Of a stretch of DNA of 64,000 nucleotides, positions 22,862 to 37,500 are shown in pieces (positions within the stretch are counted from its first letter, which is position 1; each line of letters starts with the position of its first letter). This DNA is from Haplodiscus bocki (Eukaryota). The translations under genes and the position numbers were made by a program. The notes under the pieces were generated by a model. That model had not been told where the DNA came from. It was given only the letters and a program-made list of their open reading frames with translations, and made no database searches. The DNA lies in NCBI GenBank assembly GCA_965655095.1, contig OZ296658.1, positions 4,526,001 through 4,590,000 of the forward strand, read 5' to 3'.

Positions 22862-24092
22862 AGTATTGTTCGGGGTAAAATGTATCCTGCTGCACTAAAT
22901 AAAATACCCACCCTAACATTTGATTCGTCACAAGTTTTTGAAAGATGTTTTCTCCAACAGCAACCAAAGATAATCAGCACAATGACAAAAAAATGTGACA
23001 AAAAGACAATCAGAGATCTGGAACAGGATTGTCCCAAACAAGACCACGATTCTCTCTCTTGATTATTGTCGTCAAAGACAATTTTGTCTAAGTTAACAAT
23101 ATCTTCTTTATCAGTCATCTAGCTTACACGCTCAGGCACTCACGATTGAATCTCGGAAAAGAGATTGAATCATTTTAAAAGATTCAATTACGTAGATACA
23201 GACAATACGTTTCAGTATACAAAATTTACAACTTCAAATAATGCATTGCCCAGTTACCAAGCATTTTTGCTCCGCGCTCTGCACAGTGAAGTGTGCTATT
23301 GTGTCTGATTGGGCAACTCGAGCGATTCCACATTTCTTCATCTTCTTTAAATCAACAAGATCTCGAATTTTGGGGCATCCGTGATCATCCCAAGTTTGCC
23401 ACCTTTTTATCCATTAATTTGCCAAGAATATTGCATTTTTTGTCGTTTTTTGCAAACAACTCACCCTTACATCTTTTGGAAGAATGGTGGGAAGCTGACT
23501 GGAGTCCGAAAATTCAATGTTCCACACAATTCCGTGCAAATTTCTTGTACACCAAAATGTTTGTTTTGTGGGTCTGTACTTTTTTGGAGGACGAAATGAG
23601 TATCCCTGAACTTTCCCATTTTACAAACTCCCAACTCGTTATCAATGTTTATCTGCCAGCTCACTATCTTGTACAATGCAGGACATGCTGCTTCAAAAGT
23701 CGACAAAATTGAAAATGGAATGCTGAAATAGTTTACGTAAAGCCAAAAGAGTAGTCCAGTCACGTGACCTAGCACACATGAATTTGGTCCTCGTTCAATC
23801 ATTTAACAGTAGCCAGGACCTTAACGACTTTGTGATCGCACTGCTCTACCAGCATCATGTTGTATTGCATGTGTTCTGAAAACTTTGGAGTGAAAAAATT
23901 TGAACTCTAATACGAGTCCCCGTAACCAATAGTTCCGTTTTGAAATTTTTGGTCCATCTCACTTTTGAAAAAAAAGTCCTTCATCCCAACAACGACATGC
24001 ACTTGGAAAGAACTTTTGCTGACACTATTGTGATCAATTGATGTTTCTCGCGAGAAGGATCGGTAACTGCTCATTAGAAAGAGAACATCCAT
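22858..24092 (-). pseudogene. Remnants of the small membrane protein, DEDD-like and PLA2-like genes
   Basis: Collinear homologs of 59715-60965. The 86-aa membrane ORF 22858..23118 is still open. Confidence 0.8.
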
Positions 24093-24751
24093 TCTTGTCG
24101 AAGTTTGTTTCGTTTATGAAGTTGCTTCATCCAGTACAGTGCTCCGCTTGAAAAATTGAAGGCTTCGAATCTCGTTGTATTTTCTGGTGAGTACTGCCGT
24201 GCATGTTGTCGTTCCAATGCTTTCAAACTCCACACCACAATAACTGTGCCAGATTTAGTTTTCTGTTCCTTTTGTGGATGTCTTTTTGATTGACAAATTT
24301 AAAATTAAAAGATGAAATTAAAAGTGATAAACAAATCAAATTTCTCTGACTCGTTGTCTCCTTACCAGGGGAACACGTTCCACTTCAGTATTTTCTCCGG
24401 ATAATCTGTCGCTTACCAGATAAAAATAAGCCACTTAATTCATTATATCTCAGACTGTCTTCTCATCAAAATAGGGAACTTGTTCCACTTGAAACGTTTC
24501 CACGGACTAGCTGTTTCATGCATTCAATTAGTAGTTTGAATACACACTTTCGGTTTTTAAGATATAAAGAAAGTGATTGACGGCCCCCTATATGGTGGGG
24601 GTTTCTCTTTATGGTTTTTCCTTTTATGATGTAATGAGTAACACTTGCTACAAGTTTTCCGTCATTGTTTCTCTTGCGTCGCCACAGACAAGTTGCTACA
24701 ACCTTTACCGTTATTACTGACTAGTCTGTTGAAATGATGTTACTGAAAAAC

Positions 24752-27700
24752 ATGGCCTCAATCGCAACGAAAAAGTGTTTTGTGAACTTTGTGAAACACA
24801 AACTACAAAGAGGATCACTGGACGACACAAGAAAAGATGTTCAGTTGGAACACTGTACTGCTTTGAATGTCCAAATTTCTGAACGAACTCCCAAACTGAC
24901 TTGAGTTTTCATATTGTTAAGAAGCATAGCCCAACCGAATCAGAGAATGTTCACAAGTGTCACCCATGCGGTAAAAATATTCCCATTTTTGATTCCTTGC
25001 GATTACAAAGACAAAAATTCATGGAGCAAAAATTGAATCCGAAGCAAAAAGCATCGATAATAATCATATGCTCGCAGATGTGGACGACGATAGCTTCCAA
25101 GAAGCGTTAAAAACGTGCAAACACATCTTCGTCGATTCTGGTATGGAGAATGGGAGAAACAGAGTTTTTAACTTTCCAATGGATTCTCTGAACACGAACT
25201 TGTTGAATAAAAAGTTGAATTTGGTGTTTGGGAGTTTCAAATGTGGAGCCAAGTTGAATGTAGCTTTTGGCTTTGTTCTCAAAAAAATGAGGGATGGCAG
25301 TTGTCGTTACTATTATCCACACGAAAATATTACACTGATGGAAGGCTCCAAACTCGTGGATACAAAAGAAATTTTGAAAAAAATCGAGACGTCGTTCAAC
25401 AACGTTGATGCGATTGAATCCTACAAAACAGAACGAACGAACACAAAGTAGAAGTTTCACAAGGTACTCATTGTAACGTTTTCTGCTCTACTCAAAGCAG
25501 TTCCTATGGCGTGTATAAACGCTGTTTTGCCTGAACCACTCATCAAAAATAGTTCAGTCAATTGTTAGACTTTTGAAAAGAGCTTCAGAAAACCATACAA
25601 CGATAATTTATGTCTCTAGATCGCTAGTTCTTCATTTCCAGGAGAATGATAAACTGGAAGAATCGTCTAGTTTGTCGCCTATCTACAGAACATAGAGGAC
25701 CTTGATGCAGCCAATTTCCGAAGCGTTTGTATGAACCACCTTCCAACTGTTGAAGACTTGACCAAAACACACAATTTTATGAACGACATTGTTTTGTGGA
25801 TGGAGCTCTTGTTGGAGAGCTTGCGAGGAGAAGCATACATAAGTATTCCAACACTCTGATGTTGGTACGTTACTCTCACCACATTTGTTATGTCTGCAAT
25901 ATCAGCGCTCTCTTCAAAGCCTATCGTTGCCCATCGTGTGATCAGTTCATTAGTAGAGCTGGAAATCTAGAGAGACATTTGACAACTTGCAAAGAACGAT
26001 TTAAGCATTTTTCTGAAAGAACGTGAATCAGCTCCGTGAAGCACTTTTTGACAAACTAGACGCTTTTGATATACCGTACCGGATGAACAAAAGCTTTTCA
26101 AGATTACGGCTATTTCTGATTTCGAGTCAAATTGTGTGAAGGATGAAGAATTCGAAGATAAAGAAACGAAAACATGGATCGGAATACATATCACGGATGC
26201 CGTTTCAATATCGTCTATTCTTGGAGAAGATTCTGTTTTGCTCTGCAAAGTTAACCCTCGTGATTTGGTGTGATCCTTGATTGATGCTCTAGAAAACCGT
26301 GCCACACAGAGGAAAGCGCAAATGAAAATGAAATTCTTGCAAGTTGAAACTACAATACCAAGCAAATTTGCACAGATTCTCGAAATTCTTAAACAACGTC
26401 GCACCCATAGAGTCGACATCGAGGAGAACTGTCTCGAAGATGATTCTGATAAGGTCTCTACATAGTTTCCACAAATTGCAAAAAGTGGACTAAGTGATAT
26501 GCAGGATCACTTTGAGAGATATTGCAATACATTAGCAGTCTTTGGATTCAACTGTGCAAAGTACGATATCAACTTGACCAAGGCCTATTTAATACACATT
26601 CTAAATAATTAGCGAGAGATTGAACCAATTGTTATAAGGAAGGCTTGTGAATTGGTGTAGTTCAAGTTCGGTAACGTTCAGTTGCTCGACATTTTGAACT
26701 TTCTCGGCGGAGCCACGAACCTTGCATCTTTCCTCCAAGCTTACAAGACAATGGAAACAAAAGGGTTCTTTCCCTATGAATGATTCAACCCCTCCGCCCC
26801 CCGCCAAAGTGAATCCCACAGAACTTCGCCCCTATGAGACCTTTTACGATGAATTAGGAAATTGCAACCCTCTTGAGAAGGGGTGTCGAGACTATGAAAA
26901 ATTGATCTACAGCGGATTGGCGAAGGAATCTACCTTGATTACATCGAAACTCTGAGGTACCACCTCTGAATTTGAAAACTATTCTTGCTTGGAGAAATTT
27001 GGGGTGAAAATCCAGACTTTCTTAGACTTCTTGAGGTGGTAAAACAACAAAAACGTTGTCCCGACTTTGATGGTTTTAAAGAAAATAGTTACATTTTATC
27101 CCAATAAGGGTATTGACTGCTGGCTGGACGTACGATACCTAATCTCGCCATATTTTTCAAAAGTTTTCTCGCCGAGAGCGACAGACTTGCTCGAAAAAAT
27201 CCGCCTGCATATGGTCGCTGGACCTTCAACAGCGTTTACACGTAAAGCTCTAGTTGGTGAAACTCTGATTCGCAAGTCCTCAAACAATTGCAAATCAATT
27301 GTTAGGATTGAGCCCAGCAAACTTTACCCGTATTCTGTGTGTCAACCCATGCCGACAAGAGTTTCTACGAGATATGAATTTGACGAAGATTTGCAAAAAT
27401 AGAATTTCCAAGAAGACAAGAAGTTGAGAAATTATGTTCATGTCTTTTTTTCAACGAATCAGACCCTAGTGTAACTTAAAGAGGTTCTACACCACAGGAA
27501 CGGAGAAAAAGATTCATTGTTTCAGTGCAGACGGCTTTTGCGCGTATGCTTGAAGCCCTGGTTTGTTTCTATCATCACTGTTCTTACCAGGAAGCTCGGC
27601 CTTCGCTAACAGAAGACACTGAACGCGGAAATAAAAAGAGACTAATGGATGAAATGCGAAAACAATATATCAAAGAAAAAGGTTATGATATTGTGGGAAT

Positions 27701-28530
27701 GTGAGTGCTGGTCAATATAAAAGACAGGTGCATCAGTAAAGCAATAGTTGAGAGAATCGTTTCATTTCAATAGACCAATGTGAGAACAGTTATTGGAAAA
27801 AATAAAATTGAGTTCCTTGTTTGGTTATGTACAGTGTGATATTCATATTCCAGCGCATCTCAGAGAACAATTTAATTGTCCTCTAATTTTCAGAAAAACT
27901 AACGTATGCAGACAAAATATTGGTTATTTGGTGCAAGAGTATGCTGAGAGGGAAGGATTTATGTCCCAACCGCGACGAATGTTAATCTCTTGCTTTGAAC
28001 TAAAGAAGGGAAACATCAGCACCCCGTTACTCTTGTTTTATTTAGAATTGGGTCTCGTATGCAGAAAAATGTACCCATTTTTGAGTACACTCCTGTGAAA
28101 TACTTCGACGATTTTGTACTATCTGCTGATGACGCTCGACGACAAGGAGACGAAAATCCCAATTCCAGTGTTGTTGCTGAAACAATGAAATTGCTTGCCA
28201 ACAGTTCCTACGGTTATCAAATAATGGATCGTAGTCGTCCTTCTGTTACCAAATACCTGAATGGTGAGAAGACGCACGCAGGAATCAACAATAAAGTGTT
28301 CAAGAGTTTAGTTAATAATAATGATCAACTCTATGGAGTGGAACTGGTGAAGTGCGAGATTGAACATAAAGAGCCCATCATTGTAGGTTTTTTTATCTTG
28401 CAGTATGCTAAATTGAGATGTTGGAGGCCTAATACAACTTTTTTCAAAGTATTTCGATACACAGAAATACGAAGAGATGGAAATGGATACAGACTCTCTT
28501 TTTTTGCTTTTGCAGAGAGAAAGTTTCTAA
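24752..28530 (+). pseudogene. Protein-primed DNA polymerase B of Polinton 1, heavily decayed and C-terminally deleted
   Basis: Fragments match 50020-54366 (AKLNVAFGFVLK, FGYVQCDI, RRQGDENPNSSVVAETMKLLANSSYG, EMDTDSL); the sequence jumps into TIR just after DTDS. Confidence 0.92.
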
Positions 28531-31500
28531 TCTAGATGGCAATAAGTCACCACAGCAACCGCAGTCTATCAAACAATCCCAGGTGTAAAAATTAGTTGCA
28601 GCCGTAATAACTAGCCACCGGGGTATTAATAAGTTCCGCACCTTAATATTTATCCGCCGGTCGTGCCCGGCCCAGAAAAAGTATAAAAACAGTTTTTGCC
28701 GAAATCTCACTGTGCCGAAAATGACCTCAACCATCGGCACCCAATAAACACTCGTCACACAGGGGTGAAGACCCTTCTCGGCTTCTTTTACCTATCTTAA
28801 AACAGACAACGGAATCTAGAGAGACATTTGACAACTTGCAAAGAACGAGTTAAGCATTTTTCTCAAAGAACGTGAATCAGCTCCGTGAAGCACTTTTTGA
28901 CAAACTAGACGCTTTTGATATGCCGTACCGGATGAACAAAAGCTTTTCAAGATTACGGCTATTTCTGATTTCGAGTCAAATTGTGTGAAGGATGAAGAAT
29001 TCGAAGATAAAGAAACTAAAACATGGATCGGAATACATATCACGGATGCCGTTTCAATATCGTCTATTCTTGGAGAAGATTCTGTTTTGCTCTGCAAAGT
29101 TAACCCTCGTGATTTGGTGTGATCCTTGATTGATGCTCTAGAAAACCGTGCCACACAGAGGAAAGCGCAAATGAAAATGAAATTCTTGCAAGTTGAAACT
29201 ACAATACCAAGCAAATTTGCACAGATTCTCGAAATTCTGAAACAACGTCGCACCCATAGAGTCGACATCGAAGAGAACTGTCTCGAAGATGATTCTGATA
29301 AGGTCTCTACATAGTTTCCACAAATTGCAAAAAGTGGACTAAGTGATATGCAGGATCACTTTGAGAGATATTGCAATACATTAGCAGTCTTTGGATTCAA
29401 CTGTGCAAAGTACGATATCAACTTGACCAAGGCCTATTTAATACACATTCTAAATAATTAGCGAGAGATTGAACCAATTGTTATAAGGAAGGCTTGTGAA
29501 TTGGTGTAGTTCAAGTTCGGTAACGTTCAGTTGCTCGACATTTTGAACTTTCTCGGCGGAGCCACGAACCTTGCATCTTTCCTCCAAGCTTACAAGACAA
29601 TGGAAACAAAAGGGTTCTTTCCCTATGAATGATTCAACCCCTCCGCCCCCCGCCAAAGTGAATCCCACAGAACTTCGCCCCTATGAGACCTTTTACGATG
29701 AATTAGGAAATTGCAACCCTCTTGAGAAGGGGTGTCGAGACTATGAAAAATTGATCTACAGCGGATTGGCGAAGGAATCTACCTTGATTACATCGAAACT
29801 CTGAGGTACCACCTCTGAATTTGAAAACTATCCTTGCTTGGAGAAATTTGGGGTGAAAATCCAGACATTCTTAGACTTCTTGAGGTGGTAAAACAACAAA
29901 AACGTTGTCCCGACTTTGATGGTTTTAAAGAAAATAGTTACATTTTATCCCAATAAGGGTATTGACTGCTGGCTGGACGTACGATACCTAATCTCGCCAT
30001 ATTTTTCAAAAGTTTTCTCGCCGAGAGCGACAGACTTGCTCGAAAAAATCCGCCTGCATATGGTCGCTGGACCTTCAACAGCGTTTACACGTAAAGCTCT
30101 AGTTGGTGAAACTCTGATTCGCAAGTCCTCAAACAATTGCAAATCAATTGTTAGGATTGAGCCCAGCAAACTTTACCCGTATTCTGTGTGTCAACCCATG
30201 CCGACAAGAGTTTCTACGAGATATGAATTTGACGAAGATTTGCAAAAATAGAATTTCCAAGAAGACAAGAAGTTGAGAAATTATGTTCATGTCTTTTTTT
30301 CAACGAATCAGACCCTAGTGTAACTTAAAGAGGTTCTACACCACAGGAACGGAGAAAAAGATTCATTGTTTCAGTGCAGACGGCTTTTGCGCGCATGCTT
30401 GAAGCCCTGGTTTGTTTCTATCATCACTGTTCTTACCAGGAAGCTCGGCCTTCGCTAACAGAAGACACTGAACGCGGAAATAAAAAGAGACTAATGGATG
30501 AAATGCGAAAACAATATATCAAAGAAAAAGGTTATGATATTGTGGGAATGTGAGTGCTGGTCAATATAAAAGACAGGTGCATCAGTAAAGCAATAGTTGA
30601 GAGAATCGTTTCATTTCAATAGACCAATGTGAGAACAGTTATTGGAAAAAATAAAATTGAGTTCCTTGTTTGGTTATGTACAGTGTGATATTCATATTCC
30701 AGCGCATCTCAGAGAACAATTTAATTGTCCTCTAATTTTCAGAAAAACTAACGTATGCAGACAAAATATTGGTTATTTGGTGCAAGAGTATGCTGAGAGG
30801 GAAGGATTTATGTCCCAACCGCGACGAATGTTAATCTCTTGCTTTGAACTAAAGAATGGAAACATCAGCACCCCGTTACTCTTGTTTTATTTAGAATTGG
30901 GTCTCGTATGCAGAAAAATGTACCCATTTTTGAGTACACTCCTGTGAAATACTTCGACGATTTTGTACTATCTGCTGATGACGCTCGACGACAAGGAGAC
31001 GAAAATCCCAATTCCAGTGTTGTTGCTGAAACAATGAAATTGCTTGCCAACAGTTCCTACGGTTATCAAATAATGGATCGTAGTCGTCCTTCTGTTACCA
31101 AATACCTGAATGGTGAGAAGACGCACGCAGGAATCAACAATAAAGTGTTCAAGAGTTTAGTTAATAATAATGATCAACTCTATGGAGTGGAACTGGTGAA
31201 GTGCGAGATTGAACATAAAGAGCCCATCATTGTAGGTTTTTTTTATCTTGCAGTATGCTAAATTGAGATGTTGGAGGCCTAATACAACTTTTTTCAAAGT
31301 ATTTCGATACACAGAAATACGAAGAGATGGAAATGGATACAGACTCTCTTTTTTGCTTTTGCAGAGAGAAAGTTTCTAATCTAGATGGCAATAAGTCACC
31401 ACAGCAACCGCAGTCTATCAAACAATCCCAGGTGTAAAAATTAGTTGCAGCCGTAATAACTAGCCACCGGGGTATTAATAAGTTCCGCACCTTAATATTT

Positions 31501-34500
31501 ATCCGCCGGTCGTGCCCGGCCCAGAAAAAGTATAAAAACAGTTTTTGCCGAAATCTCACTGTGCCGAAAATGACCTCAACCATCGGCACCCAATAAACAC
31601 TCGTCACACAGGGGTGAAGACCCTTCTCGGCTTCTTTTACCTATCTTAAAACAGACAACGGAATCTAGAGAGACATTTGACAAATTGCAAAGAACGAGTT
31701 AAGCATTTTTCTCAAAGAACGTGAATCAGCTCCGTGAAGCACTTTTTGACAAACTAGACGCTTTTGATATGCCGTACCGGATGAACAAAAGCTTTTCAAG
31801 ATTACGGCTATTTCTGATTTCGAGTCAAATTGTGTGAAGGATGAAGAATTCGAAGATAAAGAAACTAAAACATGGATCGGAATACATATCACGGATGCCG
31901 TTTCAATATCGTCTATTCTTGGAGAAGATTCTGTTTTGCTCTGCAAAGTTAACCCTCGTGATTTGGTGTGATCCTTGATTGATGCTCTAGAAAACCGTGC
32001 CACACAGAGGAAAGCGCAAATGAAAATGAAATTCTTGCAAGTTGAAACTACAATACCAAGCAAATTTGCACAGATTCTCGAAATTCTTAAACAACGTCGC
32101 ACCCATAGAGTCGACATCGAAGAGAACTGTCTCGAAGATGATTCTGATAAGGTCTCTACATAGTTTCCACAAATTGCAAAAAGTGGACTAAGTGATATGC
32201 AGGATCACTTTGAGAGATATTGCAATACATTAGCAGTCTTTGGATTCAACTGTGCAAAGTACGATATCAACTTGACCAAGGCCTATTTAATACACATTCT
32301 AAATAATTAGCGAGAGATTGAACCAATTGTTATAAGGAAGGCTTGTGAATTGGTGTAGTTCAAGTTCGGTAACGTTCAGTTGCTCGACATTTTGAACTTT
32401 CTCGGCGGAGCCACGAACCTTGCATCTTTCCTCCAAGCTTACAAGACAATGGAAACAAAAGGGTTCTTTCCCTATGAATGATTCAACCCCTCCGCCCCCC
32501 GCCAAAGTGAATCCCACAGAACTTCGCCCCTATGAGACCTTTTACGATGAATTAGGAAATTGCAACCCTCTTGAGAAGGGGTGTCGAGACTATGAAAAAT
32601 TGATCTACAGCGGATTGGCGAAGGAATCTACCTTGATTACATCGAAACTCTGAGGTACCACCTCTGAATTTGAAAACTATTCTTGCTTGGAGAAATTTGG
32701 GCTGAAAATCCAGACTTTCTTAGACTTCTTGAGGTGGTAAAACAACAAAAACGTTGTCCCGACTTTGATGGTTTTAAAGAAAATAGTTACATTTTATCCC
32801 AATAAGGGTATTGACTGCTGGCTGGACGTACGATACCTAATCTCGCCATATTTTTCAAAAGTTTTCTCGCCGAGAGCGACAGACTTGCTCGAAAAAATCC
32901 GCCTGCATATGGTCGCTGGACCTTCAACAGCGTTTACACGTAAAGCTCTAGTTGGTGAAACTCTGATTCGCAAGTCCTCAAACAATTGCAAATCAATTGT
33001 TAGGATTGAGCCCAGCAAACTTTACCCGTATTCTGTGTGTCAGCCCATGCCGACAAGAGTTTCTACGAGATATGAATTTGACGAAGATTTGCAAAAATAG
33101 AATTTCCAAGAAGACAAGAAGTTGAGAAATTATGTTCATGTCTTTTTTTCAACGAATCAGACCCTAGTGTAACTTAAAGAGGTTCTACACCACAGGAACG
33201 GAGAAAAAGATTCATTGTTTCAGTGCAGACGGCTTTTGCGCGTATGCTTGAAGCCCTGGTTTGTTTCTATCATCACTGTTCTTACCAGGAAGCTCGGCCT
33301 TCGCTAACAGAAGACACTGAACGCGGAAATAAAAAGAGACTAATGGATGAAATGCGAAAACAATATATCAAAGAAAAAGGTTATGATATTGTGGGAATGT
33401 GAATGCTGGTCAATATAAAAGACAGGTGCATCAGTAAAGCAATAGTTGAGAGAATCGTTTCATTTCAATAGACCAATGTGAGAACAGTTATTGGAAAAAA
33501 TAAAATTGAGTTCCTTGTTTGGTTATGTACAGTGTGATATTCATATTCCAGCGCATCTCAGAGAACAATTTAATTGTCCTCTAATTTTCAAAAAAACTAA
33601 CGTATGCAGACAAAATATTGGTTATTTGGTGCAAGAGTATGCTGAGAGGGAAGGATTTATGTCCCAACCGCGACGAATGTTAATCTCTTGCTTTGCACTA
33701 AAGAATGGAAACATCAGCACCCCGTTACTCTTGTTTTATTTAGAATTGGGTCTCGTATGCAGAAAAATTACCCATTTGTGAGTACACTCCTGTGAAATAC
33801 TTCGACGATTTTGTACTATCTGCTGATGACGCTCGACGACAAGGAGACGAAAATCCCAATTCCAGTGTTGTTGCTGAAACAATGAAATTGCTTGCCAACA
33901 GTTCCTACGGTTATCAAATAATGGATCGTAGTCGTCCTTCTGTTACCAAATACCTGAATGGTGAGAAGACGCACGCAGGAATCAACAATAAAGTGTTCAA
34001 GAGTTTAGTTAATAATAATGATCAACTCTATGGAGTGGAACTGGTGAAGTGCGAGATTGAACATAAAGAGCCCATCATTGTAGGTTTTTTCATCTTGCAG
34101 TATGCTAAATTGAGATGTTGGAGGCCTAATACAACTTTTTTCAAAGTATTTCGATATACAGAAATACGAAGAGATGGAAATGGATACAGACTCTCTTTTT
34201 TTGCTTTTGCAGAGAGAAAGTTTCTAATCTAGATGGCAATAAGTCACCACAGCAACCGCAGTCTATCAAACAATCCCAGGTGTAAAAATTAGTTGCAGCC
34301 GTAATAACTAGCCACCGGGGTATTAATAAGTTCCGCACCTTAATATTTATCCGCCGGTCGTGCCCGGCCCAGAAAAAGTATAAAAACAGTTTTTGCCGAA
34401 ATCTCACTGTGCCGAAAATGACCTCAACCATCGGCACCCAATAAACACTCGTCACACAGGGGTGAAGACCCTTCTCGGCTTCTTTTACCTATCTTAAAAC

Positions 34501-37500
34501 AGACAACGGAATCTAGAGAGACATTTGACAAATTGCAAAGAACGAGTTAAGCATTTTTCTCAAAGAACGTGAATCAGCTCCGTGAAGCACTTTTTGACAA
34601 ACTAGACGCTTTTGATATGCCGTACCGGATGAACAAAAGCTTTTCAAGATTACGGCTATTTCTGATTTCGAGTCAAATTGTGTGAAGGATGAAGAATTCG
34701 AAGATAAAGAAACTAAAACATGGATCGGAATACATATCACGGATGCCGTTTCAATATCGTCTATTCTTGGAGAAGATTCTGTTTTGCTCTGCAAAGTTAA
34801 CCCTCGTGATTTGGTGTGATCCTTGATTGATGCTCTAGAAAACCGTGCCACACAGAGGAAAGCGCAAATGAAAATGAAATTCTTGCAAGTTGAAACTACA
34901 ATACCAAGCAAATTTGCACAGATTCTCGAAATTCTTAAGCAACGTCGCACCCATAGAGTCGACATCGAAGAGAACTGTCTCGAAGATGATTCTGATAAGG
35001 TCTCTACATAGTTTCCACAAATTGCAAAAAGTGGACTAAGTGATATGCAGGATCACTTTGAGAGATATTGCAATACATTAGCAGTCTTTGGATTCAACTG
35101 TGCAAAGTACGATATCAACTTGACCAAGGCCTATTTAATACACATTCTAAATAATTAGCGAGAGATTGAACCAATTGTTATAAGGAAGGCTTGTGAATTG
35201 GTGTAGTTCAAGTTCGGTAACGTTCAGTTGCTCGACATTTTGAACTTTCTCGGCGGAGCCACGAACCTTGCATCTTTCCTCCCAGCTTACAAGACAATGG
35301 AAACAAAAGGGTTCTTTCCCTATGAATGATTCAACCCCTCCGCCCCCCGCCAAAGAGAATCCCACAGAACTTCGCCCCTATGAGACCTTTTACGATGAAT
35401 TAGGAAATTGCAACCCTCTTGAGAAGGGGTGTCGAGACTATGAAAAATTGATCTACAGCGGATTGGCGAAGGAATCTACCTTGATTACATCGAAACTCTG
35501 AGGTACCACCTCTGAATTTGAAAACTATCCTTGCTTGGAGAAATTTGGGGTGAAAATCCAGACATTCTTAGACTTCTTGAGGTGGTAAAACAACAAAAAC
35601 GTTGTCCCGACTTTGATGGTTTTAAAGAAAATAGTTACATTTTATCCCAATAAGGGTATTGACTGCTGGCTGGACGTACGATACCTAATCTCGCCATATT
35701 TTTCAAAAGTTTTCTCGCCGAGAGCGACAGACTTGCTCGAAAAAATCCGCCTGCATATGGTCGCTGGACCTTCAACAGCGTTTACACGTAAAGCTCTAGT
35801 TGGTGGAACTCTGATTCGCAAGTCCTCAAACATTTGCAAATCGATTGTTAGGATTGAGCCCAGCAAACTTTACCCGTATTCTGTGTGTCAACCCATGCCG
35901 ACAAGAGTTTCTACGAGATTTGAATTTGACGAAGATTTGCAAAAATAGAATTTCCAAGAAGACAAGAAGTTGAGAAATTATGTTCATGTCTTTTTTTCAA
36001 CGAATCAGACCCTAGTGTAACTTAAAGAGGTTCTACACCACAGGAACGGAGAAAAAGATTCATTGTTTCAGTGCAGACGGCTTTTGCGCGTATGCTTGAA
36101 GCCCTGGTTTGTTTCTATCATCACTGTTCTTACCAGGAAGCTCGGCTTTCGCTAACAGAAGACACTGAACGCGGAAATAAAAAGAGACTAATGGATGAAA
36201 TGCGAAAACAATATATCAAAGAAAAAGGTTATGATATTGTGGGAATGTGAGTGCTGGTCAATATAAAAGACAGGTGCATCAGTAAAGCAATAGTTGAGAG
36301 AATCGTTTCATTTCAATAGACCAATGTGAGAACAGTTATTGGAAAAAATAAAATTGAGTTCCTTGTTTGGTTATGTACAGTGTGATATTCATATTCCAGC
36401 GCATCTCAGAGAACAATTTAATTGTCCTCTACTTTTCAAAAAAACTAACGTATGCAGACAAAATATTGGTTATTTGGTGCAAGAGTATGCTGAGAGGGAA
36501 GGATTTATGTCCCAACCGCGACGAATGTTAATCTCTTGCTTTGAACTAAAGAATGGAAACATCAGCACCCCGTTACTCTTGTTTTATTTAGAATTGGGTC
36601 TCGTATGCAGAAAAATGTACCCATTTTTGAGTACACTCCTGTGAAATACTTCGACGATTTTGTACTATCTGCTGATGACGCTCGACGACAAGGAGACGAA
36701 AATCCCAATTCCAGTGTTGTTGCTGAAACAATGAAATTGCTTGCCAACAGTTCCTACGGTTATCAAATAATGGATCGTAGTCGTCCTGTTACCAAATACC
36801 TGAATGGTGAGAAGACGCACGCAGGAATCAACAATAAAGTGTTCAAGAGTTTAGTTAATAATAATGATCAACTCTATGGAGTGGAACTGGTGAAGTGCGA
36901 GATTGAACATAAAGAGCCCATCATTGTAGGTTTTTTCATCTTGCAGTATGCTAAATTGAGATGTTGGAGGCCTAATACAACTTTTTTCAAAGTATTTCGA
37001 TACACAGAAATACGAAGAGATGGAAATGGATACAGACTCTCTTTTTTGCTTTTGCAGAGAGAAAGTTTCTAATCTAGATGGCAATAAGTCACCACAGCAA
37101 CCGCAGTCTATCAAACAATTCCAGGTGTAAAAATTAGTTGCAGCCGTAATAACTAGCCACCGGGGTATTAATAAGTTCCGCACCTTAATATTTATCCGCC
37201 GGTCGTGCCCGGCCCAGAAAAAGTATAAAAACAGTTTTTGCCGAAATCTCACTGTGCCGAAAATGACCTCAACCATCGGCACCCAATAAACACTCGTCAC
37301 ACAGGGGTGAAGACCCTTCTCGGCTTCTTTTACCTATCTTAAAACAGACAACGGAATCTAGAGAGACATTTGACAAATTGCAAAGAACGAGTTAAGCATT
37401 TTTCTCAAAGAACGTGAATCAGCTCCGTGAAGCACTTTTTGACAAACTAGACGCTTTTGATATGCCGTACCGGATGAACAAAAGCTTTTCAAGATTACGG

